Source: an uncultured Deferribacteres bacterium (lineage in GTDB: Bacteria; Zhuqueibacterota; Zhuqueibacteria; Zhuqueibacterales; Geothermadaptataceae). Taken from it: a stretch of DNA of 40,975 nt. The stretch is from the NCBI GenBank assembly GCA_964014485.1, contig CAXHAT010000055.1, positions 1 through 40,975 on the forward strand, written 5' to 3'. The position numbers and the translations under genes are program-made. The notes below the pieces were generated by a model. It saw only the letters and a list, made by a program, of their open reading frames with translations. It was not told where the DNA came from and made no database searches. Below are positions 8,982-17,056 of the stretch, in pieces; the first letter of the stretch is position 1, and each line of letters starts with the position of its first letter.

Positions 8982-9086
8982 AAGGGGCAAAGGAACAAAG
9001 GCGCACAGGCGCAAAGTGTGATTCGCGGAGCAAAGCTCCGCTCGGTTACTTTGTCCCTTTGATCCTTTGACACTTCTCAAAAAAAA
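8982..9086. repeat. Family A element A3
   Basis: AAGGGGCAAAGGAACAAAGG...GCGGAGCAAAGCTCCGC (9025-9041)...CTTTGTCCCTTTGATCCTTTG followed by an A-run. Confidence 0.95.
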
Positions 9087-9099
9087 CGGAGTCAACAAC

Positions 9100-10227
9100 A
9101 TGGATTTAAAACAACTTATACGTTTCGCCAAAATGAACGGCGTTGACGTTGGCGCGTTGAGCGCGCTCGTGCCGGGGCCGGGCGCTGAAGTGGACGCTTC
9201 GAAGTTTAAAAAACTGAGCCTTGAAGCGGGCATGTATCAGGACGCGGCGCGCGACGGCGTAAGCTTCAGCGAGTTCCTGGAAAGGCAAGACCCCAGCGAA
9301 AACTATCCCGGCGTGGAGCTTGATGCATTTCAGCGCCAGCTTGCCGCGCACGGCCTTGCGGTCAAAGGGCCTGGCTGCGTCAATCTGGAGGCGTTTTATA
9401 AGCACGGCGCGGTGCTCTTTCCCGAATGGGTGGATCGGCAGGTGCGCGTCGGCCAGATTTTCAACACGCGGCACTTTCAGGACGATGACGTTGTACGGGT
9501 GGAAGAGCAGATTGACAGCAGCGCCTTTGAAGCGATGAAGGTCGACCCGATCACGGAAGACGACTACGCATACGCGCCCGTCGCCGAAGGGGCGGAAATC
9601 CCGCGCATCAAGGTGGATCACTCAGACGTGACCGGGAAATTGCGCAAGCACGGCTTTGTCCTGGAAGCGACCTACGATTTCCTTGCCGATCAGCGCATGG
9701 ACATGATTTCGGTCTGGCTGCAAATCGCAGCGCTCAAGCTGATCAAGGACAAGGCGGAGCACGCATTGGATATTCTGATCAACGGCGTGCCCGGCAACGC
9801 GAACCCCGCCGTGAACTATCCCTTGAGCAACGTCGATCTGACCAACTTTATCACCTTTAGCGAGAGCTTCGACGTTTACGAGCCGAGCCTGATGATCGCG
9901 GACACGGCGGGCGTGACGGCGATCAAAACGATCTCCGAGTTCGCCAGCCAGTTTATGGCTGCGGAATGGCTGCGGCGCGACCGTATGGAAACGCCGGTCG
10001 ACAGTATGATCAAAAAGCACGTCTATCCGAATTCGTCGCTCTTGACCAACAATATCGTCGGCGTGGATCAGCGCTTTGCGCTCAAGCGCATTGTGCGCGC
10101 GGGTTCCCGGCTGGTGGAAACGGACAAGTTGATCACGTCGCAGTGGCAGCAAATCGTCGTGAGCGAGAAAATCGCCTATGACAAGATGCTTTCCGGCGAG
10201 GTGGTCAAGGTTTGGGATTACTCCTAA
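9100..10227 (+). CDS. Major capsid protein (HK97 fold)
   Basis: 375 aa; VAEGAEIP and KLRKHGFVLEATYD motifs typical of HK97-fold capsids; GGAG upstream of ATG 9100. Confidence 0.85.
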   Translation: MDLKQLIRFAKMNGVDVGALSALVPGPGAEVDASKFKKLSLEAGMYQDAARDGVSFSEFLERQDPSENYPGVELDAFQRQLAAHGLAVKGPGCVNLEAFYKHGAVLFPEWVDRQVRVGQIFNTRHFQDDDVVRVEEQIDSSAFEAMKVDPITEDDYAYAPVAEGAEIPRIKVDHSDVTGKLRKHGFVLEATYDFLADQRMDMISVWLQIAALKLIKDKAEHALDILINGVPGNANPAVNYPLSNVDLTNFITFSESFDVYEPSLMIADTAGVTAIKTISEFASQFMAAEWLRRDRMETPVDSMIKKHVYPNSSLLTNNIVGVDQRFALKRIVRAGSRLVETDKLITSQWQQIVVSEKIAYDKMLSGEVVKVWDYS

Positions 10228-10244
10228 ACGCTTTTGACGCTCAG

Positions 10245-10273
10245 TGAAGGGCGGCGCTCAAGCCGCACTTTCA
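10245..10273. repeat. Hairpin downstream of the capsid gene
   Basis: TGAAGGGCGGC-GCTCAA-GCCGCACTTTCA imperfect stem, no U-tract. Confidence 0.5.
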
Positions 10274-10306
10274 TCTAAACGTAAACCATAAATCACGGTG
10301 AATCAT

Positions 10307-10588
10307 ATGACTGTCAAAGTAAAGCTCAAGCCTGAAATTGAAAAGCAGGGCGGGTTGCTGATCGACCCGATCAGCGGCGTAAAAATCGCCAGGCAAAACT
10401 ACGGCGAAGACGGTTGTCAGGAAGTCACGATGACGGCCTTTGTGCGCAAGCGCATCAAGTCCGGCGATCTCATCGAGTGTCGCGGCGACGACGGCGATGG
10501 GGATGCGCCCGACCCAAATGCGGGGAACGAAAGCGGAAAGGAGCCGGGGAACGATCCGGGAAAAAAGAAGAGCGGCGCAAAAAAGTAA
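10307..10588 (+). CDS. Small phage head-region protein with a low-complexity tail
   Basis: ORF after the capsid gene, with a D/G/P/K-rich C-terminus. Confidence 0.7.
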   Translation: MTVKVKLKPEIEKQGGLLIDPISGVKIARQNYGEDGCQEVTMTAFVRKRIKSGDLIECRGDDGDGDAPDPNAGNESGKEPGNDPGKKKSGAKK

Positions 10589-10668
10589 TGCGGCGAATCG
10601 GCTGTTGGCTGCGGCGGCTGGGCGACTGGCTTCTGGAGCGGTTCCAACGCTTGAACAGTGAACAGTGA
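10588..10668 (+). CDS. Possible 26-aa amphipathic peptide
   Basis: TAATG overlap with the previous stop; MRRIGCWLRRLGDWLLERFQRLNSEQ; stop supplied by the heptamer array. Confidence 0.4.
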   Translation: MRRIGCWLRRLGDWLLERFQRLNSEQ

Positions 10669-10767
10669 ACAGTGAACAGTGAGCAGTGAGCAGTGAGCAG
10701 TGAGCAGTGAACTGTAAGCAGTTTTCAGCTAACAGCCTTCAGCCTAAACCCCTAACAGCCTAAAGAA
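10654..10767. repeat. Family B heptamer array B4 plus CTAACAGC tail
   Basis: (AACAGTG)x4 (AGCAGTG)x4 AACTGTA AGCAGTT, then CTAACAGCCTTCAGCCTAAACCCCTAACAGCCTAAAGAA-ATG. Confidence 0.95.
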
Positions 10768-11220
10768 ATGATTGCAGATGCAGCACATGTTCGTGCGCTG
10801 GGCAACTTCCCGGACGCTTTAGAGGACGCGCAGATCGACCCGCACTTGCGAGCGGCCCGAAGACGCTTGCGGCGCTGGGTCGGCTCTGCCGTCTATGACG
10901 AAGCGGAAGCGGACGCGGGGCCAATGGCCAAGCCGCAAACCGAAGCGTTGAAGGACGCGGAGGCGTATCTCGCGATCAGTATTGGCGTGCGGTCGTGGAA
11001 CGTCGTGATCGAGAACGTTGGCAACGCTGGCGTTTCCGGGCTGACTGAATCAGGCAAGATCGGCGACGACGGTTTTCGCTATCTCTCGCAGGGTGCAGTC
11101 GAAAAGATGCAGGAAGACTTCATGCTCAAGGCGGAAGCCTCGGCGCTGGACTGGATCATCGAGGATTATCCAACGCCCGAAAGTTCGCCCGCCTATGACG
11201 ACGAAGGCGAAGCGATTTAA
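10768..11220 (+). CDS. Probable head-tail adaptor
   Basis: 150-aa helical protein with typical size and position after the capsid gene. Confidence 0.6.
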   Translation: MIADAAHVRALGNFPDALEDAQIDPHLRAARRRLRRWVGSAVYDEAEADAGPMAKPQTEALKDAEAYLAISIGVRSWNVVIENVGNAGVSGLTESGKIGDDGFRYLSQGAVEKMQEDFMLKAEASALDWIIEDYPTPESSPAYDDEGEAI

Positions 11221-11236
11221 CAACCCCCTAACATAA

Positions 11237-11265
11237 CCCCGTCAGGGTTCAGAACCCTGACGGGG
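11237..11265. repeat. Family E palindrome with perfect 14-bp arms
   Basis: CCCCGTCAGGGTTC-A-GAACCCTGACGGGG. Confidence 0.9.
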
Positions 11266-11277
11266 GTTGACTGCGGA

Positions 11278-11616
11278 GTGCAAATCATGTTGTTTTTGAA
11301 TATGCAAATCATGCTTTGGATGCAAATCTTCGGTGAAACGCCGGAGTTGTATTCGGCGCTGTTCGGTCAAACGATGGTAGTGGAAATCGCCGGGGTGATC
11401 GGCGTGACCAAGCTGTTTCGCAACACGGTCAACATCAAGGGCAAGTGGGCGCTCGTTTCGACGTTCGCCTTTAGCCTGGGCTACGCGCTTTGGCAGTACG
11501 GCCTGCAAGGACAAGGCGCGATGTACGGCCTGTTGATCGGCTCGCTCGCGGCGTTGAGTTTCTGGCTCACAAAGCGGACAGGGAAGACGGTGAATCCTGA
11601 AGGGAAAGGGGCATAG
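11278..11616 (+). CDS. Small membrane protein, holin-like (start uncertain)
   Basis: About three hydrophobic segments and a basic C-terminus (KRTGK); several alternative starts between 11278 and 11320. Confidence 0.55.
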   Translation: MQIMLFLNMQIMLWMQIFGETPELYSALFGQTMVVEIAGVIGVTKLFRNTVNIKGKWALVSTFAFSLGYALWQYGLQGQGAMYGLLIGSLAALSFWLTKRTGKTVNPEGKGA

Positions 11617-11716
11617 GCGCAAAGGCACAGAGTGACAAAGTAACTGAGCGCGGCTCCGCCTCGCCAGCGACGCTTTGCCCCTTTGATCCTTTGTCCATCT
11701 GCCCCTTCTAAAAAAA
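11606..11716. repeat. Family A element A4 (degenerate core)
   Basis: AAGGGGCATAGGCGCAAAGGCACAGAGTG...GCTCCGCC...CTTTGCCCCTTTGATCCTTTG...GCCCCTTCT, then an A-run into ATG 11717; contains the upstream TAG stop. Confidence 0.9.
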
Positions 11717-12151
11717 ATGGCGAATCCGAAAATAGACTTTAAGCTCGACGACGCTGAATTCCGCAAGCTGGCCAGTCAGGTCATGCCGGAGAAGGCGGAG
11801 AAAGGCTTGCGCCGCACCGCTGGGCAGATCGAACGGGCGGCGGCGAAGCGCGCGCCAGTGGAGACCAAGAACCTGGTCAATACGATCACCAAATCGTTTT
11901 CCGGTTCCGGCTACCACGTGGAAGCCGAGATAAAGGCCACGGCGACTTATGCGCTTTTTGTCCACGAAGGCACTGGGCTTTTCGGCCCGAAGGCGCAGAA
12001 GATCACGCCGGTGAACGCAAGGGCGTTGAAGATCATGACCCCGAACGGCGTGATTTACCGCAAGAGCAGCAAGGGTCAGAAGCCGCAGCCGTTTCTCAAA
12101 GACGCTTTCGAAATGGAAGCGCCGAAATTGATACCGAGAATTCTGGAGTAG
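11717..12151 (+). CDS. HK97 gp10-family neck/tail-completion protein
   Basis: AKRAPVETKNLVNTI, YALFVHEGT and GQKPQPFLKDAF motifs. Confidence 0.9.
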   Translation: MANPKIDFKLDDAEFRKLASQVMPEKAEKGLRRTAGQIERAAAKRAPVETKNLVNTITKSFSGSGYHVEAEIKATATYALFVHEGTGLFGPKAQKITPVNARALKIMTPNGVIYRKSSKGQKPQPFLKDAFEMEAPKLIPRILE

Positions 12152-12260
12152 TGGCAAAGGCGCATAGGCGCAAAGGATCAAAGTGGACGAGCGGAGCGAA
12201 GCTCCGCCAGTTACACTCTGTGCCTTTGTCCCTTTGCCACTCTGCCCCTTCTTAAAAAAA
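12151..12260. repeat. Family A element A5
   Basis: GTGGCAAAGGCGCATAGGCGCAAAGGATCAAAG...GCGGAGCGAAGCTCCGC (12191-12207)...GCCCCTTCTTAAAAAAA-ATG. Confidence 0.95.
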
Positions 12261-12740
12261 ATGACTGAACTCATCGACAGACTCGAAGAAATTCTGCTCG
12301 CGGCGACGGCGACCGGCGAGGCGCTGGAAGGTTGGCAGATTATGACTTCCCTGCACGACGGACTGGCCGACAAATCGATTTATATTCGCGGCGACGGCGA
12401 GGACATCAAGACCGAAGCGAACCCGCTCGAATATGTGGAAGCGCAGGTGACGTTCCTGATTCTGAAGCATATCGGCAAGCACAATCCGGCGACGATGAAA
12501 AGACACGACTACCAGACGACGGCGGAGACGGGCGGACGGGCTTTGCGGGGCGTATTTTACGGCAATCTGACGCTCGTAACGGCGGGCGATCCGGGCGGAC
12601 TATTGAAGTGCGCGCGCGACTTGCGCTTTACGCGCTCGCAGCCGACCGCAACCACGCTCAAACAAGGCTGGTTTGCTGGCAATGAATTGACGATGAAGGT
12701 GAAATATCTTTATCGCGACGGGGGGATCAATAAGCAGTAA
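12261..12740 (+). CDS. Probable tail terminator
   Basis: 159 aa, between the gp10-like gene and the tail tube gene; ATG 12261 follows the repeat. Confidence 0.55.
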   Translation: MTELIDRLEEILLAATATGEALEGWQIMTSLHDGLADKSIYIRGDGEDIKTEANPLEYVEAQVTFLILKHIGKHNPATMKRHDYQTTAETGGRALRGVFYGNLTLVTAGDPGGLLKCARDLRFTRSQPTATTLKQGWFAGNELTMKVKYLYRDGGINKQ

Positions 12741-12779
12741 GCTGTGATCAGTAATCAGTAATCAGTAATCAGTAAATAG
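12733..12779. repeat. Family B heptamer array B5
   Basis: AGCAGTA AGCTGTG (ATCAGTA)x4; contains the upstream TAA stop. Confidence 0.9.
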
Positions 12780-12792
12780 AACGAGGCGAGAT

Positions 12793-13026
12793 ATGGCGAA
12801 AAGAGCGGAATCGCCGGAAGACTTCGGCGAAAAGTTTGAAAAAATGGCCAAGAAAACGCTGAGATGCAGATTGAAAACGGACGGCATTCCGCCCTACGGC
12901 TCGGCGCGGCGCAAGCTCAAGGACGGCGCGGTTTACGTGCTGTTTCTCAGCGAAACGACGGTCGTCAAGGCCGAGCATTTGGCTGAATTGCAAAAACTGG
13001 AACCCTTACTCTCTGTGGAGGAATAG
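12793..13026 (+). CDS. Hypothetical phage protein
   Basis: 77-aa ORF with GAGG upstream, in operon context. Confidence 0.65.
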   Translation: MAKRAESPEDFGEKFEKMAKKTLRCRLKTDGIPPYGSARRKLKDGAVYVLFLSETTVVKAEHLAELQKLEPLLSVEE

Positions 13027-13029
13027 ATC

Positions 13030-13572
13030 ATGCCTGAAGAAATCCTGCCGACTATCGGCATACACTCGGTTGAGCTTGACGCTTACGGCGGCGACTTCAG
13101 TTCGCCGACAATCTTCGATTGCTTCGACCGGGACGAGGGCCTGAAGTGGAATCCTGTCATCGGTGAAAGCAAGCAAATGGCGGCGGACGGGCCGGGCGTA
13201 CAAAACTTTGCATCCTGGGTCGATGAACTTGTGGTCGAATTCAGGATCGAAGATCATTCGGCGACGAATTTCGCTTACATGTTTGGCCTTTCGCCAGCGG
13301 ATATTGTGGACGACTCCGTCTCGAATCCAAAAACCAAGACAATCAACACAGGCAACAGAATCAGCGCAACGGAATACGCGCTGCAAGTCAAAGTCCCGCA
13401 ACGCATCGATCCCGCGCTCTTTATGATCTACAGGTTTACGCGCGTTATTCCCGTGGCGATGGGGCCGCCTGACCAGACAATGGAATTGTCCTGGGTGTCG
13501 CTCAAGTTTATGACCTTGCGAGACAAAAACAATCAGGGCAGAGTTTGGACAAGAATTAAGGAATACGCATGA
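13030..13572 (+). CDS. Major tail (tube) protein, non-contractile type
   Basis: 180-aa beta-rich protein preceding chaperone and tape measure genes; GGAGG RBS; no sheath gene seen. Confidence 0.7.
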   Translation: MPEEILPTIGIHSVELDAYGGDFSSPTIFDCFDRDEGLKWNPVIGESKQMAADGPGVQNFASWVDELVVEFRIEDHSATNFAYMFGLSPADIVDDSVSNPKTKTINTGNRISATEYALQVKVPQRIDPALFMIYRFTRVIPVAMGPPDQTMELSWVSLKFMTLRDKNNQGRVWTRIKEYA

Positions 13573-14084
13573 GCGACGTGAAACAATTTGACCTGAACGG
13601 CAAGAAGTACGCGCTTGAAGACTTCTCGGTCGATCAGGACGAGTACAGCGCCGATATTCTGGCGGACATTGGATTCAACAGACTATTGCCGCACGCGCCC
13701 GCCATTTATAAAATCTATGAAGCCATGACGGCGGACGAGGAAAATGATGCGGAAGCAAAGGGCGATTCAGGTGCGGAAGACGTTTTGGGCGGCTTGGGTC
13801 TCAAGGACTTTGCGGGGCTTCTTGAAATCGATGTTGACGGTTTTATCAGAGCGATAGCCGGAAAAGCGATTTTGTTTCGCATGATCGCGGCGGCGCTTAC
13901 GCCGGTCAACAGCCATTGGTCTAAAGAAGTGATTGATGAAATCGAGCCTTTCATCAGGCGCATGAAGCGCTCGGAATACTTTCCTGTGGTCGCTTTTTTT
14001 TTAGAGAAGTTCGGGCTGTCAATGAACTCAGAAGGCGATACTTCCCCGACGCTAAAAAAAGCGAAGACGGGAAACCGGAAATAG
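13569..14084 (+). CDS. Tail assembly chaperone (gpG-like)
   Basis: Between tail tube and tape measure genes; slippery T9A at 13994-14003. Confidence 0.75.
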   Translation: MSDVKQFDLNGKKYALEDFSVDQDEYSADILADIGFNRLLPHAPAIYKIYEAMTADEENDAEAKGDSGAEDVLGGLGLKDFAGLLEIDVDGFIRAIAGKAILFRMIAAALTPVNSHWSKEVIDEIEPFIRRMKRSEYFPVVAFFLEKFGLSMNSEGDTSPTLKKAKTGNRK

Positions 14085-14395
14085 ACGGCGAGCGCAGCTT
14101 CAACGCCGCCAGAGTCCTTTGGGAACTGGCGGAAGGCGACGTGCAGCGCATCCCGGAAATCAGGCGCGCCAAAGTTAAAGTCATGCTCGGATGGCTCTAT
14201 GAAAAGCGGCGGCGCGAGCTTGAAGAGATTCGCTTTCAGGCGGCTTTGCACGGCGTGCAACTCAAAGGCGAAGGCGGGCGGACGGCGAGCCTGGAAGCGC
14301 AATTGGCGGGCGTGACGGAGAAGCCCTACAGCGTGAAGCGCGTCAAAGTCTCGCCGGAAGAATTGGAACGAAGAAGGAAGGCGTTAGGCCATTAG
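14000..14395 (+). CDS. Tail chaperone -1 frameshift extension (gpT-like)
   Basis: The -1 frame is open from 13940 to 14395 and reads FREVRAVNELRRRYF...LWELAEGDVQRIPEIRRAKVKVMLGWL. Confidence 0.75.
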   Translation, partial: FREVRAVNELRRRYFPDAKKSEDGKPEIDGERSFNAARVLWELAEGDVQRIPEIRRAKVKVMLGWLYEKRRRELEEIRFQAALHGVQLKGEGGRTASLEAQLAGVTEKPYSVKRVKVSPEELERRRKALGH

Positions 14396-14453
14396 GCTTT
14401 AGACTATTAGCCAAAAACCTGACAGCCTAAAGCCTAACAACCTAAAGGTCTAA
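14379..14453. repeat. TTAGGC/GCCTAA short-period inverted repeat element
   Basis: Left arm GTTAGGCCATTAGGCTTTAGACTATTAG, right arm CTGACAGCCTAAAGCCTAACAACCTAA; contains the upstream TAG. Confidence 0.85.
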
Positions 14454-14457
14454 AAGA

Positions 14458-16605
14458 ATGGCGACGGTTGCGGACATTGTCGGGTTTCTCAGGCTGCGCG
14501 GCGGATCGCAGTTTGATCGCGAATTGAAAAAGCGCCTCACCGTGGCGCGGCAAAGTTTTGCCACGGTCGGCAACGCGATAACCACGATTGCGGCGGGCGG
14601 CATTTTCCAGAAGATCAATGCGGCGGCGAATGCGCTGGAAACATCGCAGCGCAAGCTGAATGCGACTTCCAGGCTCACCGGCATTGAGTTTGGCAAACTT
14701 CGAAGCTTCTCCGAGGATGCGCGCAAAGAGCTTGGCCTGAGCACGAAACAGGCGAACGAGTTCACCATTGCCGTGTCGAAGCTCACCAATAAGGCTGGAG
14801 ACGTGGACAAGACCGGCGACGCGATTTCGCGCTTGCTCGATCTGGCGGCGGCGCAGGGTCTCAACGCCGAGGAAGCTTTGGTCGCCATTCAGCAGGCGAT
14901 TCTCGGCATTGACGAAGGGACGGACAAGCTTTTCCAGAAAAACCCGTCCGTGATTTACGCCGAATACGCCAAGCAGATCGGCACGACGGCGGGCAAGCTC
15001 AACGACCAACAGAAGGCGCAAGCCCTGCTCAACGCCGTGATGACGGACGGTCTGAAGGTGCAGGGCGAATATCAGAACTTTTTGCAAAGCGCAGCCGGAC
15101 GGCAATCGACTTTGGCGGTAAAAACCGAGCAGCTTGCGGCCAAGTTCGGCAAGCTGGCGCAGCAGATCGGCGGGCCGGTTGTGGCGGCGCTGACCAAAGC
15201 GGCGGATTTCTTTATCAATGCGCCGCCCTGGGTGCGCAATCTGGCGGCGGCTTTGGGTATTGCCACCGTTGCGCTCAAACTCTTCGGCGGCGCGATTCAG
15301 GCGCTTTTTGTCAGTCTCGGGCCGGTCGGCTGGCTGTCAATTGCGCTGGGGACGATTGCCACGGCGTTTTTTGCGTTAGGCGCGGCAACCGAAGCGAGTC
15401 GCGACAAGCTTGCCGGATACCGCAAGGAATTGGATAAATTCAGAGAGACGGTGCGCGGGCTGACCGACGACGACCTGAAAGCGCAGGAAACGGCCATGCG
15501 CAGGCAAATCGCTTTCCTGGAGAGCATGGCGACGAATATAAGGCAGATTCGCAGACGCGCCCTGTTCGGCAATGCGGACGAAAAAGAACTTCAGTTCGTG
15601 CGCGTCAATCGCGACGTGGGTCAGCAACTCAAGGAAGCGCGCGACAAGCTTGCCGCCTTTATGCAGGAAACGGAAAGACGGGACAAGGAACACAAGGCCA
15701 AGCTGCTGGAGCAAAGAAAACAACTCTCGGCTGAAGAGAAAGAACTCGAAGAGAACCGAGTGCGGTTTGAGTTTGAGCAGGGGGAAATCAGCCGGGCGCA
15801 GTATCTTGCATTTCTGAAAAAACGGCAAGGCGATTTCAAGGAATGGTCGAGCGATTGGCTGGGGCTGCACAAAGATATTCTTGAGCAGGAAAAAGCGTTG
15901 CAGGTCGAGCAAAACGCCGAGGTCAAGCGCGCGGCTGATGATCAACTGGCGCTGCAAATGAAGATTCCTGAACAGATGCAATTCGCCAGCGAGCAGGCGC
16001 TCGATGCAATGGCGACGAAGCTGGCGCTTATGGAAGACGTGGCGCGCGAAAAAACAATGGCGATGGTGGAAATCATCGGGACGTTTGCCGGGAATATTGG
16101 ATCAGCCTTCGCAGATGCGCTGCGCGGCGACCGGGGCGGCTTCAAGGAAGCGCTCAAGAGCATTCTCATTGATACGCTCGGCTTTATCCAGCGCTTTTTC
16201 ATTCTGGCGAAAATCAAGACGATCATCGAAGGCGTGCTCAATCCTTTCACGGCGCTCAAAAGTTCCGCCGGTCTGATTGCGGCGTTCGCCGCTTTGGAAG
16301 CGGCGAAAGGGGCGATTGCCAGCTTTGCCGAGGGCGGGATCGTTTCACGCCCGACGTTGGCGATTGTCGGCGATTCGCCGCGCGGCCCGGAGATCATCGC
16401 GCCGAAGCAGGATTTTCTGGCGCATTCGCAGGCGCTCATCAGCGAAGCTTTGGCGGGCAATCGAACGCGAGGGGGCGACTTCAAGATCGTCAATAATTTC
16501 AATACGCCGCTGCAGGATCGCAGGCAGGCCAGACAGTTGACGGAAAAGAATCTGAAACCGGAATTGAGACGACAACAGAAACGCGAACGAAGGCATTTGG
16601 TTTAG
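14458..16605 (+). CDS. Tape measure protein
   Basis: 715 aa, Ala-rich helical, hydrophobic segments, C-terminal FAEGGIVSRPTLAIVGD...GPEIIAP motif. Confidence 0.9.
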   Translation: MATVADIVGFLRLRGGSQFDRELKKRLTVARQSFATVGNAITTIAAGGIFQKINAAANALETSQRKLNATSRLTGIEFGKLRSFSEDARKELGLSTKQANEFTIAVSKLTNKAGDVDKTGDAISRLLDLAAAQGLNAEEALVAIQQAILGIDEGTDKLFQKNPSVIYAEYAKQIGTTAGKLNDQQKAQALLNAVMTDGLKVQGEYQNFLQSAAGRQSTLAVKTEQLAAKFGKLAQQIGGPVVAALTKAADFFINAPPWVRNLAAALGIATVALKLFGGAIQALFVSLGPVGWLSIALGTIATAFFALGAATEASRDKLAGYRKELDKFRETVRGLTDDDLKAQETAMRRQIAFLESMATNIRQIRRRALFGNADEKELQFVRVNRDVGQQLKEARDKLAAFMQETERRDKEHKAKLLEQRKQLSAEEKELEENRVRFEFEQGEISRAQYLAFLKKRQGDFKEWSSDWLGLHKDILEQEKALQVEQNAEVKRAADDQLALQMKIPEQMQFASEQALDAMATKLALMEDVAREKTMAMVEIIGTFAGNIGSAFADALRGDRGGFKEALKSILIDTLGFIQRFFILAKIKTIIEGVLNPFTALKSSAGLIAAFAALEAAKGAIASFAEGGIVSRPTLAIVGDSPRGPEIIAPKQDFLAHSQALISEALAGNRTRGGDFKIVNNFNTPLQDRRQARQLTEKNLKPELRRQQKRERRHLV

Positions 16606-16732
16606 AAGGGACAAAGGCGCAAAGGGTCAAAGGGTCAAAGGATCAAAGGCACACAGGCACAGAGTGTGAATCGCGGAGCGAAGCTCCGCCTTACTACTTT
16701 GCCCCTTTGATCCTTTGCTCCTTTGCCCCTTC
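16605..16732. repeat. Family A element A6 (expanded left arm)
   Basis: GAAGGGACAAAGGCGCAAAGGGTCAAAGGGTCAAAGGATCAAAGG...GCGGAGCGAAGCTCCGC (16673-16689)...CTTTGCCCCTTC. Confidence 0.95.
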
Positions 16733-16744
16733 CAAAGGAAAACA

Positions 16745-17011
16745 ATGGATCAGACTGTACAGCAATTGGTTGCGCAAGCGCCGGGCGTGGCGGGCGTGGT
16801 GATGGTGATGTTGATATTATTGCGCTACATCCAGGCGGCTGAAAGGACGCGCGCGGAAACCTACAAAGTAACCAGTGACAAGCTCGCCGTCGCCCAGGAA
16901 AAAACGGCGCAAGCAATTGAAGCCAACACGAAAATGATGGGGCGCGCCCTGGCCGTTATCGAGCGTCATGAAAAGGCGCTGGACGCAATTGAGCGGCGAT
17001 TGAATCAGTGA
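16745..17011 (+). CDS. Small single-TM plus coiled-coil protein (BhlA/XhlA-like holin candidate)
   Basis: One N-terminal hydrophobic helix followed by a coiled coil; AGGA upstream. Confidence 0.55.
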   Translation: MDQTVQQLVAQAPGVAGVVMVMLILLRYIQAAERTRAETYKVTSDKLAVAQEKTAQAIEANTKMMGRALAVIERHEKALDAIERRLNQ

Positions 17012-17035
17012 ACAGTGAACAGTGAACAGTGAACA
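17004..17035. repeat. Family B heptamer array B7
   Basis: ATCAGTG (AACAGTG)x3; contains the upstream TGA. Confidence 0.9.
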
Positions 17036-17056
17036 AAGCAACTTAGGAGACGCACT

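Noticed and set aside
2113..16744. Extended N-termini in the ORF track for terS (2113), capsid (9067), tail terminator (12183) and the 16715 ORF
   Set aside because: The extensions are translations of repeat elements; downstream ATGs at 2146, 9100, 12261 and 16745 are more plausible
4583..17035. Heptamer arrays and family A repeats as a CRISPR array
   Set aside because: No constant repeat with unique spacers of regular length, copies are separated by whole genes, and there are no cas genes
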